DNA of 64,000 nt from Candidatus Thalassarchaeaceae archaeon (GTDB lineage: Archaea; Thermoplasmatota; Poseidoniia; Poseidoniales; Thalassarchaeaceae). The stretch is taken from positions 9,998 through 73,997 of the forward strand of contig JAPYUP010000004.1 in the NCBI GenBank assembly GCA_029940695.1. The letters run 5' to 3'. The position numbers were made by a program, and so were the translations under genes. The notes beneath the pieces are model-generated. The model saw only the letters and a list, made by a program, of their open reading frames with translations. It was not told the origin of the DNA and did not search any database. Position 1 is the stretch's first letter, and each line of letters begins with the position of its first letter. This document shows positions 48,155 to 59,800 of the stretch, one piece after another.

Positions 48155-48381
48155 AACCAAAAATCAAGTCGCCGCAAGAGCTTTGCGAACGGACTCAGGA
48201 ACATCAGGGCTCGTGCACAGCTTTCGAATGCAGTCGGCTATAGCTCAAGTCGGGCACCTAGGGTCCTCCGGAGACAAGAACGGAACTGAATGCACTCAAC
48301 ACACACACCGTCCCGCATGCTCGTGCGGGGCACACCCTCCGGTCCTCTGAAATGCAATGCCGCTAACCGAGTTCTGATTCT

Positions 48382-51294
48382 ATGGATGGGGGCATCAGTG
48401 ACTGGAGCCGGTTCGAGCGACTGACTCCCTTCCGAGTAAGGGATGTTCTCCTCGTGGCAAGTCAGTTCGATCACTACCTACTGGAAGAATCCGGTTATCT
48501 CGCGGAGATTCTGCAAGAGGAGTATTCAGTGCTGAGCCTATCCCAAGCCCCTAGAATCATCCACAGTCCCGATGCCGTCGATGCCTTGGACCTACTAGCC
48601 TCTCGCAGTTTCGACCTAGTGATTACCATGACAAAGGTGGGAGCGATGGATGCCTATGCCCTTGCGAGGCTTGTGAAAAGCCGCCATAAGGGAATGCCGG
48701 TGGTAATGCTGAGTCATAACACTAGGGAGTTGGCCACACTTAGGACGGGTGATGGGATTGACAGGATATTCGTATGGGGGGGCGATAGTAGAATTCTACT
48801 TTCGATTTGCAAGTTGATAGAGGATGAGCAGAACGTTGAGAACGACGTTAGGGACGGGGATGTGCAGGTAATTCTGCTGGTCGAGGATAGCAGGAGATTC
48901 TACTCTGCCTACCTACCACTCCTCTACACTCAGTTAGTGCGACAGACGACGAGGCTAATGGGAGAGGGTGGGAACCTCCATGAGAATCTCCTGAGGCTGA
49001 GGGCCCGGGCAAAAATTCTACTCGCCTCGGACATGGAGACAGCCAAGGAAATCATCGACAAGTACTCCAGAAACATCATCGGTATCTTCACGGATGGTAG
49101 ATTCCCCAACCCAGGTGGAGAGCGGGACACGGCTGGTCTTGAGTTGATTCAGCATGCCCAGAGCCGCCACAGGTTTCTGCCAATCCTATTGCAATCGAAG
49201 AACCTCGAGCTGAAGGAAGCTACCGAGGGACTTGGAGTTCGGTTCCTCCACAAGGAGGACCCGAAGTTGTACCAGAGAATTGAGGAGTTCATGCTCGAGG
49301 AAATGAACTTCGGTGAGTTCATCTTCAGGATGCCGGATGGGATGGAGATCACTAGGGCATCTAACCTCGAGCAGTTTGTAGAGAAGGCAGAGGAGGTGGC
49401 AATCGAGTCCATAGAGTTCCATGCTACGAGGAACGAGTTTTCCCACTGGCTCAGGGCCAGAACAGAGTTCTCGCTCGCAGCGTCCATGAGGCCAATGAAG
49501 TTAGAGGATTTCGATGACTCGGAAGGAGTGAGGAAGTATATCGTTGGGTCGATTAGAGCGCACATTACCAATATCAGGAAACACACGGTCAGGGACCACG
49601 AATCTGGTTCTGTCGAAGTGGGGTTCCAGAAAATTGGCCGGGGCAGCCTCGGTGGAAAGGGTCGTGGTCTCGCATTTTTCTACACGAGGATGGAGGAGTT
49701 GGGCCTAGGTGGTGCCTTTCCGGACGTCGAGTTTGTCGTCCCGAACTCCGTCGTCATAGCCACTGGGGTCTTCGGTGGCTTCATCTCTAGGAACGAACTG
49801 AGCAGATTCGCTCACGAGGACAGGTCTGATGACGAGGTGAATCGGGCATTCCTAAGTGGTGAATTCAAAGATGATGAGGTCGCTGAAATCAGGGACATGC
49901 TGGAGAACATGGAGTGGCCGGTAGCCGTGCGCTCATCGAGCTTGCTCGAGGACTCCAGTCACCAACCGTTCGCAGGGGTGTACGCTACGTACATGCTCGC
50001 GAACGACCACTCCGACCTCGAGGTCAGGCTCAGACGACTGCTTGAGGCGATTAAGTTGGTATACGCGTCAATCTTCCACAGAGGTTCCAAGGTATACGTC
50101 ACAGCCACGGCCAACATCATCGAAGACGAACGGATGGCGGTGGTGATTCAGGAGGTTATCGGGAGGGAGATTTCGGGTCGATACTATCCAGATATCTCAG
50201 GGTCGGCAAGGAGCCGCAACCACTACCCTGTCGAACCCCTCAGGATGGAGGATGGATTGGCCGCCGTATGCATCGGCCTTGGCAGACAGGTCTCCTCTGG
50301 AGGGAAGTGCCTGAGGTTCAGTCCCGGACAGCCCAAGAGGGTTCACCAGTTCTACAGCACCCAGTCGGTCATCGATACATCTCAGAGTCACTTCTTCGCC
50401 ATCCCGATGAACCAAGAGTCGGGGGCAGTGCAAGTAATAGAGGGGGGGAACCTGATACATCTGGGACTATCGGCTGCAGAGGAGGACGGCAGGCTCTCCC
50501 TAGTGGGCTCTACTTACATCACGGCTGACGACAGGATTGTCGACTCAATCATGGTCGAGGGGGGGCCGAGGCTCGTCACCTTCGCCCCCATTCTCAAGCA
50601 CCAGCGGTTCCCACTCCCTCAGATTCTAAACCACGTTCTCACTACGTGCGAAAACTACCTGGGTTCGCCCGTCGAGCTAGAGTTCGCTATTTCCATCGAC
50701 CCCGAAAACGGAAGACGGAAGTTCGCAATTCTCCAAGTCAGACCACTGATGGACGAATCTGTGGACATCGACATTGACCTAAACGAGGTCGACAGGGAGA
50801 ATGCCGTCTGTATCAGCAGCAAGTCCCTTGGAAACGGTGTTATCGAAAATATCAGGGACGTCGTGTACGTTCACCCTGCACGAATGAACAGGATGAAAAC
50901 AATCAATCTCATACCGCTAATTGAGGAGATCGATGCCGGGCTTCGATCCGAGAATCGGCCGTACATTCTAATCGGCCCGGGGCGCTGGGGCTCGTCCGAC
51001 CCGTCGTTAGGAATACCTGTTCAATGGGACCAGATTATGGGGGCCAAGACCATCGTGGAGGTGCCTATGGCTGACATTCACGTGGAACCCTCACAGGGTA
51101 CCCACTTCTTTCAGAACATCGTGTCCTTCAACATCGGCTACCTTACCATACTTGAGGGCGACCTCATCGATTGGGGGTGGCTCGACTCCATTGAAGCCAC
51201 GAGGGACGAAGATGGGTTACGACACGTGAGGCTAGACTTGCCATTGAAAGTCATCCTAGATAGTAGAGACTCCGAGGCCATCGTAGTGAGATGA
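48382..51294 (+). CDS. Pseudo-receiver plus receiver (REC) domains fused to a PPDK_N-type ATP-grasp (PEP/pyruvate-dikinase nucleotide-binding) domain. No phosphohistidine swivel domain is present.
   Basis: REC1 lacks the acidic residues (VLLVASQFD and DLVITMTKVGAMDA, with Met at the phospho-acceptor position). REC2 looks intact (ILLVEDS, IIGIFTDGRFP, ILLQS, FLHK). IGRGSLGGKGRGLAFF matches the PPDK_N GGK motif. No TSHAA-type phosphohistidine motif is seen. Confidence 0.6.
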   Translation: MDGGISDWSRFERLTPFRVRDVLLVASQFDHYLLEESGYLAEILQEEYSVLSLSQAPRIIHSPDAVDALDLLASRSFDLVITMTKVGAMDAYALARLVKSRHKGMPVVMLSHNTRELATLRTGDGIDRIFVWGGDSRILLSICKLIEDEQNVENDVRDGDVQVILLVEDSRRFYSAYLPLLYTQLVRQTTRLMGEGGNLHENLLRLRARAKILLASDMETAKEIIDKYSRNIIGIFTDGRFPNPGGERDTAGLELIQHAQSRHRFLPILLQSKNLELKEATEGLGVRFLHKEDPKLYQRIEEFMLEEMNFGEFIFRMPDGMEITRASNLEQFVEKAEEVAIESIEFHATRNEFSHWLRARTEFSLAASMRPMKLEDFDDSEGVRKYIVGSIRAHITNIRKHTVRDHESGSVEVGFQKIGRGSLGGKGRGLAFFYTRMEELGLGGAFPDVEFVVPNSVVIATGVFGGFISRNELSRFAHEDRSDDEVNRAFLSGEFKDDEVAEIRDMLENMEWPVAVRSSSLLEDSSHQPFAGVYATYMLANDHSDLEVRLRRLLEAIKLVYASIFHRGSKVYVTATANIIEDERMAVVIQEVIGREISGRYYPDISGSARSRNHYPVEPLRMEDGLAAVCIGLGRQVSSGGKCLRFSPGQPKRVHQFYSTQSVIDTSQSHFFAIPMNQESGAVQVIEGGNLIHLGLSAAEEDGRLSLVGSTYITADDRIVDSIMVEGGPRLVTFAPILKHQRFPLPQILNHVLTTCENYLGSPVELEFAISIDPENGRRKFAILQVRPLMDESVDIDIDLNEVDRENAVCISSKSLGNGVIENIRDVVYVHPARMNRMKTINLIPLIEEIDAGLRSENRPYILIGPGRWGSSDPSLGIPVQWDQIMGAKTIVEVPMADIHVEPSQGTHFFQNIVSFNIGYLTILEGDLIDWGWLDSIEATRDEDGLRHVRLDLPLKVILDSRDSEAIVVR

Positions 51295-51334
51295 CGCCAA
51301 TCTTCTTGGTCGTTCTATTTGCAGGGTAGTCCCC

Positions 51335-53344
51335 ATGTCTGTCGGAAGCGGGGTCGAGGCGCGTCTATTCTTCGCTCATGAACAGATCAGAAATCCACAG
51401 AAAGAGATGATCTCTGATGGGATTATTGCACTCAGAGAAGGGGGTTTCCTTTTGGCGGCGGCCCCGACAGGAATCGGTAAGACCGCAGCAGCACTTGCCT
51501 CTGCATTCGAAGTCGTAAACTTCTACAACACCAACCCAGAGGTGCCGAAGATCCTGTTCATGACGGGCAGGCAATCGCAGCACAGAATCGTTGTCGATAC
51601 TGTGAGGCAGATCAACTCCAAGCTTCCATCTGGAAACCCCAGAATTAAGCTAGTGGACATAATAGGGAGAGAGGGGATGTGCGAAGTCGTCGATAAATCG
51701 ACGGGTCAGTGCTCCTGTGAAAAGGACGTTGTAGAGTCTGCTAGGAGGGCCCGAAGAGTAGACTTGGGGGAATTCATCCTAGAAGCACCTAGGCACGTAG
51801 ACCAGGTAATCAAGGAGGGTCGAGCAAGAAGGATTTGTGCTTGGGCAACAGCTAGATCTGCTGTCCGGGATGCGCACATTCTCGTCTGCGACTACAACCA
51901 CGTCTTCATAGAAGGAGTTAGGGAGAATTCACTACCGATAATGGGGGTCAGTCTCGAAAACGCGATTCTAATTGTCGATGAGGCGCATAATCTACCTGAC
52001 AGGATCAGAAGTGGATTGGAGAGACGAGTAACCAAGAATGTGTTTCAAAGAGCCCTCGTTGACATTAACGAACACAAGGGAAATCTGGAGAATGGCGCCA
52101 AGCAGCTTGAACTCTCAGATTCGAAGAGTCTGGACGAAGCGATACTGCTGGAGAAGCAGGTCAAAGCACTGAAAGACGATTCCGGATTGAACAATTGGTT
52201 TGCAGGAAAAATAACTGAGATTGAGTCCTCTCAGAAAGATGATCTGAGAGTTGAAACCAGTGAGTTCCTCGATGCCATCGCGAGTGCCATTGATGGAATA
52301 GAAGAAGACGAATTAGAAGATGGGATTAGTCGAATTAGGAGAATGAATAGAAGATTACTCTCTGTGGTAATCGATGGGGATGATTCCATTGAAGAAGATG
52401 AACAGAATGACTGCATCAGACTGGCAGAAATTTTGGAAATCTGCATTAAATACAGAGACAGCCCGGCCCTTGCACTCGTATTCGACAGGCTCAACAACGA
52501 TATCCCGAGAGTGACTAGTCATTTGCTTGACCCAAGTGTCGTGGGAAGGCCAATTTTCGAGCAGTGCGCAGGTTCAATACTTATGTCAGGGACACTATTT
52601 CCCCCAAATATGTACTCTGACATTCTGGGAATTCCAGAAGAAAAGTCTGCTTGCAGGGAATATGAATCTGGATTTCCTCCTGAAAACAGGCCGATCCTGA
52701 TAGCAAGCGACGTTACGAGCAAGTTCACGGAAAGGGACGCGAGCTACTCCTCGATTCGAGATCACATACAATCGGTGCTGGAGAAGACAAAGGGAAACGT
52801 GGCTGTCTTCGCACCCAGCTATGCAATGTTAGATCGCATTGGCAATGATGTCTCCTACACTTTCGGAAAGGTGAGTATGAAAGAAGGAAGGCGTATGTCA
52901 AAAAAGGAGGTCGAGAGGACCATAGCGAGGCTGTACGAGATGAGGGCAATGGGGAGGGAATCAGTGCTCTTTGGAGTTCTGAGTGGGAAGTTGTCGGAGG
53001 GCATTGACTATTCTGAGAACATCCTCAATGCAGTTGTTTGTGTGGGGCTCCCTCTTCCACCACCAAGCGCTAGGCAGGATGCCCTATTGGAGTACTACAC
53101 TAGGCGCTTCGGCAGGTCGAAAGCATGGAAGTATGCAAGCTTGCAACCAGCTGTAAACAGTGTGCTACAGGCTCTGGGTAGGCCGATTCGTAATGCCGAG
53201 GACAAGGCCATAGTAGTTCTTCTGGAGAAGAGGTTGCTTGAGCGAAGAGTCGGTGATTGCATGCCCAAATCAATGCATACTCGCCAGACCACCAGCCCAT
53301 CAAGGACCTCTAAGCACGTTGAGCGTTTCTTCGAGATGAAATAA
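51335..53344 (+). CDS. xpd: XPD/Rad3-family (DEAD_2) 5'-3' DNA helicase with FeS-cluster cysteines
   Basis: AAPTGIGKTAAAL (Walker A) and IVDEAHNL (DEAH). Cys residues in GMCEV...GQCSC, RRICAW and ILVCDYNHVF sit in the FeS-domain positions. QALGRPIR is motif VI. Confidence 0.85.
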   Translation: MSVGSGVEARLFFAHEQIRNPQKEMISDGIIALREGGFLLAAAPTGIGKTAAALASAFEVVNFYNTNPEVPKILFMTGRQSQHRIVVDTVRQINSKLPSGNPRIKLVDIIGREGMCEVVDKSTGQCSCEKDVVESARRARRVDLGEFILEAPRHVDQVIKEGRARRICAWATARSAVRDAHILVCDYNHVFIEGVRENSLPIMGVSLENAILIVDEAHNLPDRIRSGLERRVTKNVFQRALVDINEHKGNLENGAKQLELSDSKSLDEAILLEKQVKALKDDSGLNNWFAGKITEIESSQKDDLRVETSEFLDAIASAIDGIEEDELEDGISRIRRMNRRLLSVVIDGDDSIEEDEQNDCIRLAEILEICIKYRDSPALALVFDRLNNDIPRVTSHLLDPSVVGRPIFEQCAGSILMSGTLFPPNMYSDILGIPEEKSACREYESGFPPENRPILIASDVTSKFTERDASYSSIRDHIQSVLEKTKGNVAVFAPSYAMLDRIGNDVSYTFGKVSMKEGRRMSKKEVERTIARLYEMRAMGRESVLFGVLSGKLSEGIDYSENILNAVVCVGLPLPPPSARQDALLEYYTRRFGRSKAWKYASLQPAVNSVLQALGRPIRNAEDKAIVVLLEKRLLERRVGDCMPKSMHTRQTTSPSRTSKHVERFFEMK

Positions 53345-53347
53345 GCA

Positions 53348-53863
53348 ATGGGTTCATTCGGGTCCGTTCGATGGATGGGCGTAAGCATGCCGTGGTCAAG
53401 AATCGAGGTCGAGGTCGAGGGCGATGAGCAAGAGGGTGGCGGTTTGGATTCCCTCAAGATTGGATTAGACGTAGATGTACAGCAGATGCACGAGTTGTTC
53501 CTTGGGGGGCTGCCACACCTCTCCGAGGTACAAGGCCGCCATGAGGAGATTTTAGACGGAGTTTCCAGCACGATAGGTGACGCGAAATCCCTCGCTAGGG
53601 CTGCGGTTCCAATAGGGGATTTCCTAGCAGAGATCGGAGGGGAGTGGTCAGGCTCGGAGGTCAGAATACCCCTTCCCTCTTCCTTCCCAGAGAGAGTAGT
53701 CGTCGAGACGCTCTTGGAAGAGGGGAAGCAAATAGTGCGCCTCATCTCACCAGAGAGGTTCGGCGGGTTGCTCAGAACGTTCAGGCTTCCCGTGGGAGAG
53801 GTCATAATGGGGGCTAACTGGGAAGGTGGTGTCCTTACCATGAAGACGAGTCAGTCAGGCTAG
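53348..53863 (+). CDS. Hypothetical protein with a weak Hsp20/alpha-crystallin-like C-terminus
   Basis: It starts 4 nt after the xpd stop. Its C-terminal LLRTFRLPVGEVIMGANWEGGVLTM resembles the sHSP F-R-L-P...A....GVL-I strand pattern. The rest is unassigned. Confidence 0.35.
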   Translation: MGSFGSVRWMGVSMPWSRIEVEVEGDEQEGGGLDSLKIGLDVDVQQMHELFLGGLPHLSEVQGRHEEILDGVSSTIGDAKSLARAAVPIGDFLAEIGGEWSGSEVRIPLPSSFPERVVVETLLEEGKQIVRLISPERFGGLLRTFRLPVGEVIMGANWEGGVLTMKTSQSG

Positions 53864-56800
53864 GCCTCGGCCTCGATGGGAGGGGTGTTTCTTTGGGGGA
53901 TCTCCTGCAATTCTTCTATTTCCTGTAGAACCGAAGCTAGGGCAATCTGGGCATTCTCTCTGTGCAAGCCCCCGAGCACGTGGCTTGAGTACCGTGCCTC
54001 TTCGAATATCCGGTCGAGTGCTACCAGCGAAGTTTCGTTGATAGGCAACGCGTTTCGAATCGCAATTTCGAACTCCCTGACAGTCTCGAAGTCCCTGCGG
54101 AGGAAGCCACGTCGCAACAGGACAGCGCACAGTCTCGCGTAGCAATTGAAGATGGCTTTCCTGAATTCGTCTCCCGAGGCGAGCATATCCGCAGTGTAAC
54201 TGAAGACACCGGCGAGTTCCTTGATTGCGGCCTTGCGACGACGAGTTAGCACTGCGGCAACCGAGACCAGTGCGGCAGCGACAACCAAAATGAAGACGAA
54301 TCCTAGCATCGCCGTGCCGAAGAGGGAGTCGGAAGCGTCTTCCTCGTACTCAATTAGGATGCCGCCACTTGGCAGATAGGCTAGGCTTCGGGCATCGATG
54401 AAGTCCGAGTCCGAGTCCAGCATAACACTGAGTCTGCCCCATGAGGAGGTGTCGGAGAGGGGGGGCAGAGGTGAGAGTGACTTGAACTCGTACTCGAAGA
54501 CCCCATCTGCGTCGGTGAGTCTGGAAATGAAGAAGTGGGCAGTAGACCCATTCATCAGCATGGCTGTCATGGAAAGTCCCTCCACGGGAGAACCTGTGTC
54601 TCTGGCAGTGGCATTGACGGTTCCCCGTATCACCCTCTGTCCAGTGGATAGCTCTATGCTGGACAAAGTGAAGTCCACTTCAATCATCACCATTATCTCG
54701 ATGTCCGTCGAGGCGCCGTTGAGGAATCTCGACTGATCAGATTCAATCTTGATGGTCACGATGTTCTTTCCGGGCGGTAGGAACTCCTGGGCCTTTGCCC
54801 TCATCTGGAAGTTCATAGTTCCTGGATTGTCCCACGGCCCCCCTTGGAGGGGGAGGTTGATTTCACCCCATGATAGGCTAATAGTCAGGTTCTCGAAAAT
54901 GCTTGAGTCTCCACCAATCTCTCTGACGAAGCCTTGAATGAGAATCGAGTGGGAAGTGTTACCCCTAATGATTTTCGAGGTTATGGGTTGAACCTCAATC
55001 AATATGTCAGAGAGGACGAATGCAGTCAAGTTAGCCTCAGTGGCGAGATAGAGAAACTCGCCCTCATACGAGAAACTCACATTGTGGCCCCCTCTGTAAA
55101 TGGAATATCCCATACTGTGACTGTAGTTGAACAAGCCGCCCAACTCGGTAGTTACAGTCACAATGACAAATCCATCGAGAAGGATGCTGACCTCCCTGCC
55201 ATCTAACCCCATCTCGAAACCAGTGTCACCCTCATAGAGGCGCCCCGAGAAGTTCCATTCCGAACCCCTAGTGACTGAAGACTCCTCCACTTGAACGCTG
55301 ATTATTGTGTGGTAGGAGATCGTGAGGATAGTTTCCACGTGCCCCTGTCTGTGGTAGCCCTGGGCCGGAGCAACGGCGTATAGTGTGTGGTTCCCAATAT
55401 CGAGGGAATCGGGAATGATCCATGGAAGTGCCCAATGGCCATTGTCACCAGTACTGGTGATTCCAATTAGGATGCCATCGACGAATATCTCAATGGTATG
55501 GTTACCCAGCCAGCCGTCCTCCAAGTTGTCCTTGGCTGTTCCACGAAGGATAACTGAGTTGCCCACCGCAGCGGGAGAAGGTTCCTCTATGGAGGTGTAC
55601 ACAGGCCCATAGACGGTAATCACAGTGGATGAGTTGGAGGGCAAGATGAATGACTCGCCGGAGAATTTGATTTCTATAACCCTAGACCCAAGGGGCATAT
55701 CTGGTGGTACTGAAATATAGACGCTGAACGAACCGTTGTCACCGACCTTCAGACCGGTCATGAACTGCCCGTTCATCGAGACTTCGATGTCCCTGTTCGG
55801 CAGACCCCTCCCAATGCCGTCAGTCAAGAGTCCCTGCACGAGCACTAGATCAGAACGATCGACGTCCCCCGGAGGCGTCGAGATGATGACCTGAGACGTC
55901 TGTGTGACATTGAACTCGGTGCTATGGGACGAGGGGAGGTAGAACTCAGGATTCAATGAGTCTCCCTGTCCCATGGGATCGACCCAAGTGAAGCCTCCGA
56001 GGAAGTTCACACCCACCTGATGGGCTCCGAACTCCATGCCGAGAGGGAGATCGTAGGTAATCATCCAATGCCCCTTGGTGGCATTGGATATCGTGGTGTA
56101 AGTCGGTCCGACGTCGATGCCGTCAATCGTGAGATGGATGACGCCCCCAGTGTGGGCCCCATCCTCAGCCAACGGCTGGCCCCTCTCGTCGAGAAGGGTC
56201 CCGTTGAAAGTTACCGTGTTTCCAACTATAGATGGTTGAGTCACCCCTGTAATTCTAAGTTCAGTCGGAGCGAGTACAATTACACGGGTCCAGACCTCGT
56301 CTCCGAGAAGTCCGGTAGTCCCGTTGACGCCGGTGAAAATAGCAGTCACAGTCATGGGTCCTGGGCTCCTGTCGGGATCGACGAGAATTTCCGCGGATGC
56401 CTCCCCATCGAGATTGGTCATGCCATTCCACACTGGTGCGCCATCAATCTGTATTGACAGTTGTGCGGATGGAACTGGGTTCTCGGTATTATCGATTATG
56501 GATACATTGACGTCTATCATGTCCCCCCTAAGCGTCCTGCTGTCAGGATCGAGATCAGTGGGATAGACAATGGAGAGCAAGGAATACCCTCTGCTGTCGA
56601 AGAGGGCTAGGTCGGTCGCCGTAGTGTAGTAGCTGACTTCGGGCGTAAATAGTACGATGATGCCATGCGAACCACGGGGGAACGAGAGGTCCAACCTGAG
56701 GAGCGCGCTCCAGTTTCCATCCTGATTAAAAGCGATCTGGGAGACCATGAAGATATCTGACTCACCGTCGATAGAGAACGTCAGAGTGGGATTGAGCAGG

Positions 56801-59800
56801 TTGCCCGATCTGTCTGTGAGAGCACTCCCATTACTCGAAACCAAGGATCCTGTAACGTTGAAGAACTCGCCCGCGAGTGGGTTGTCGATTATCGGATTGA
56901 TGTTCATGTTAGCCGACGATCTTACCGTAATTGTGCTGATTGTCCTGATGGTTGCGTGTAGGTCCTCTGAGCCATTGAAGAACAAAGTGATGTTAACAAC
57001 ACCCAAAGGGTGGTTGTGTGGAATGTCAAACTCGAAGGCTATGCTGCCGTCCCCGGAAGTGATTTCCTGCTCTAGCCAAGTATCATGGAATTTAGCTGAA
57101 ACTGAGTATCCGGACAGGCCTTCGTCATTATCGCTGAACTCGACAAGACGTGAAGTGATAGTAGCTGTCTCCCCCCTGTTGATGACGGTGTTAAGGAAGG
57201 GCGTCGTGCCAACGAACTGAGGAATCCCCCTCACGAGAATCGAGGCGTCACCTGTTCCGGTCAGGTAGAATGGGGTTGTCCCATTCAGGACGCTGACCAC
57301 GACGGTGCGCATTCCCTTCGTCACACCATCACCCAGAGTGTCCGTGGGCACGGAGACGTTGAAACTGCCATTGCTATCTGTCGTGTGGTTCTCGATGAGT
57401 ATCTCATCCGCTTGGTCGAGGAAGAAAATCTCAAGTCCCACTGGTCCCTGAATGGTCCTATTCGAATCAACTGAGTCGATAACGGTACCTGCAATAGTGA
57501 AGTATTGAAGGGCTGTGACTTCGTTTGGAATGCTACTAATCTCAACGAAGCTCGGGACTTGGACCGTGAGGTTGACTATGCTATGATTGGCAAGCCAACG
57601 CCCTGCATTTTCCGAGCTTAAGTTGTCAGAGAGGTCATCAGGAGCATGAATTCTGATATCGTAGAATCCAGGAGCGATCGAGGAGGGAATAATTGAGCTG
57701 AATACAGCCACGCCCCCCGAATCCGTGGTAGCAAAATCGAGTACCTGCTGGAGAGGCCCGCCCCAGTCGAAGTAGAGGTCGAGCCCCACGTCCCCTATGG
57801 ACTGACTATCATCCTCCACATCAGTGACGGTTGCGTTGACGACTAGAGCGTCCCCTGCGACCAGAATGACTGCATTGGGTTCGGTTGTGACTACGAACTC
57901 AGACTGAATTCCGGCTAGGATCTCGGTGCCGTCAGAGACGGCGTAGTAGTGCCCGCCGAACGGGGGGTTGACAGAGAAGTCTAGCTTTATCCTAATTGTG
58001 TAGACTCCTGAGGTGACGCCACTCGGCATCTCGAAAGATAGGTTGTAGCCGCCGGTTGTGGTATTCACCCACCCGGTGGCAAGAATGTAGATGTCAGGCG
58101 GAGGGGGGCCAAACGGAGTCGGGGGCAGGCTAGAGGGGACCTCGAGTCGCATGGTAACTGAGGAATTGTTTCCGGTGACGACCGAGTTGAGTACCATGTC
58201 CCTAGCGAATCCAGTGACCCAGTTTGTGCCGCCTCTGGGAGTCCAATCCAAGTTGATGGAGGCGCTAACATTCGCCAGGCCCCGAATACGTATCGTCTCC
58301 TGAGACGAAGCGGGTTGGAACCAGGTTGATCCAGAGTAGTTCAGGAACCAATCATAGTCGCCGGGCTCCATGTCCCACGCTGGCGACCACACGACGACGA
58401 GTCTCGGTGAGCTGGGGTCGGTCTCGTTCCAGACGTCAATCCCATCAAAGTCGAGGTTGTAGGCCCCCTCAAACGAGGCGAAGGAATTGCCGGTGTGATC
58501 GGTGAGGATGACTTCGACCTCTGCTTGGATTCCACGAGGTTTGGGGGACAAGGTGTAGTTGAACTCAACGAAGCTCCTAATTCCGTACTCTGAGAACTGT
58601 ACCTGGTCATTGGCAAATAGACCCTCGGCGTCGAACTGAATCCTTACTTCCACTGGCCCTGCCGGGATAGGCACCTCGGCTGCGGAGAAGCTCCAATTGA
58701 TAGCGAAGTCACCGGATAAGGGGGGGTCCCAAGATGTGTCGTTCAGGTACCATGTGAACAAGGTGGTGAATGGCCCGGCGATGTCCAATCTCCTCATTTC
58801 GAGAATTAGTGTGCCGTTCAGAGTGGATGGGTTCTCGCCCCTACTCAGAACTGTGCCGTTGAGGAAGATCGGGTTGTCGATTTCTAGGATGGAGTTGTTG
58901 GAACCTTGAGCCTCGAGCGTGACGGACAGGTTTGGGGACAGAGTGATGTTGAACATCACGGCAAAGGCACTGGGAAACGCATGATAGGATGGGGGCGTGG
59001 CGTTGTTCAGGTCGTCCTCGTGCCAGCCTAGGAAACTGATTGAGGCATTGATTAATCCCAGTGGCTCTGATTCAGCGATTGGAACTGAGAACTCATAGTA
59101 CCCCCCTCCGCCGACACCACTAGTCAGGTTGACTTCCCCGTCGGTCACGGTGACGTAGTTGAGGACTACTTGGAGATCGTCGACGAGGGACGGGTCCAAT
59201 GACGGATTACTAGACCAAGACAATTGGCCTAACACCGTGGTGTTGACTCCGATTCCCAGCATTGGCTCCTCTATCGGAGGTGGTTCGGAAAGGGACAGTA
59301 CGACGTCATCGGTGACGTTGATGTGCCAGCGGAAAGTGACTCCTTGCGTGCCCACATAGCCTTGCTCTATGGTTTGGATAACCAAAGAACCGTAGCCGGG
59401 ACGGATGACCTCGGAAGGAAGCCCTGTGAGGTTGAAACTGCCGTTCTCGCCAGTTGTGGTGTTCGCCACGAGGTGTCTGACGACAGCGGAGCGCCCCGGA
59501 ACGTCGTCGGCATCATCGGGCTCAACGAGGTACATGAGCAGAGTTACGTTTTCAACGGATGTCGAGTTGTCGGCATATTTCAGAGTGCCCTCCACCCAGA
59601 TCGTCTCCGATTTGGAGATGTTTCTCTCAATCGCACTCGGACCCCAAGTCTCGTTGACGACCTCGACCAGAGACATTGGTGGGCAGGCTTCGAAGGGAAT
59701 CCAACCGAGGTCTAGTTCGCCTTGGTTCTGATTGGTCTGCAGGTGAACTTCCACCCAGCGGGAGAAGTCCTTGCCATAGACCATGAAGGACTCGCCGTTC

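Noticed and set aside
48094-48381. SRP (7S) RNA or tRNA hypothesis for the 288-nt spacer. The length is about right, there are two CCGGAGG segments resembling GNAR tetraloops, and a TAGCTCAAGTCGG segment resembles a D-arm.
   Set aside because: The sequences flanking the candidate tetraloops give stems of only ~3 bp. The conserved helix-8 AGCA/GGAA loop motifs are absent. No D-stem or acceptor pairing can be drawn. It is kept only as an unexplained structured spacer.
53095-53841. 248-aa minus-strand ORF overlapping the 3' end of xpd and the whole 171-aa ORF.
   Set aside because: It is antisense to the well-supported XPD C-terminus (motif VI region). The product is S/P/T/R-rich with no motif. 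The plus-strand reading is more plausible.
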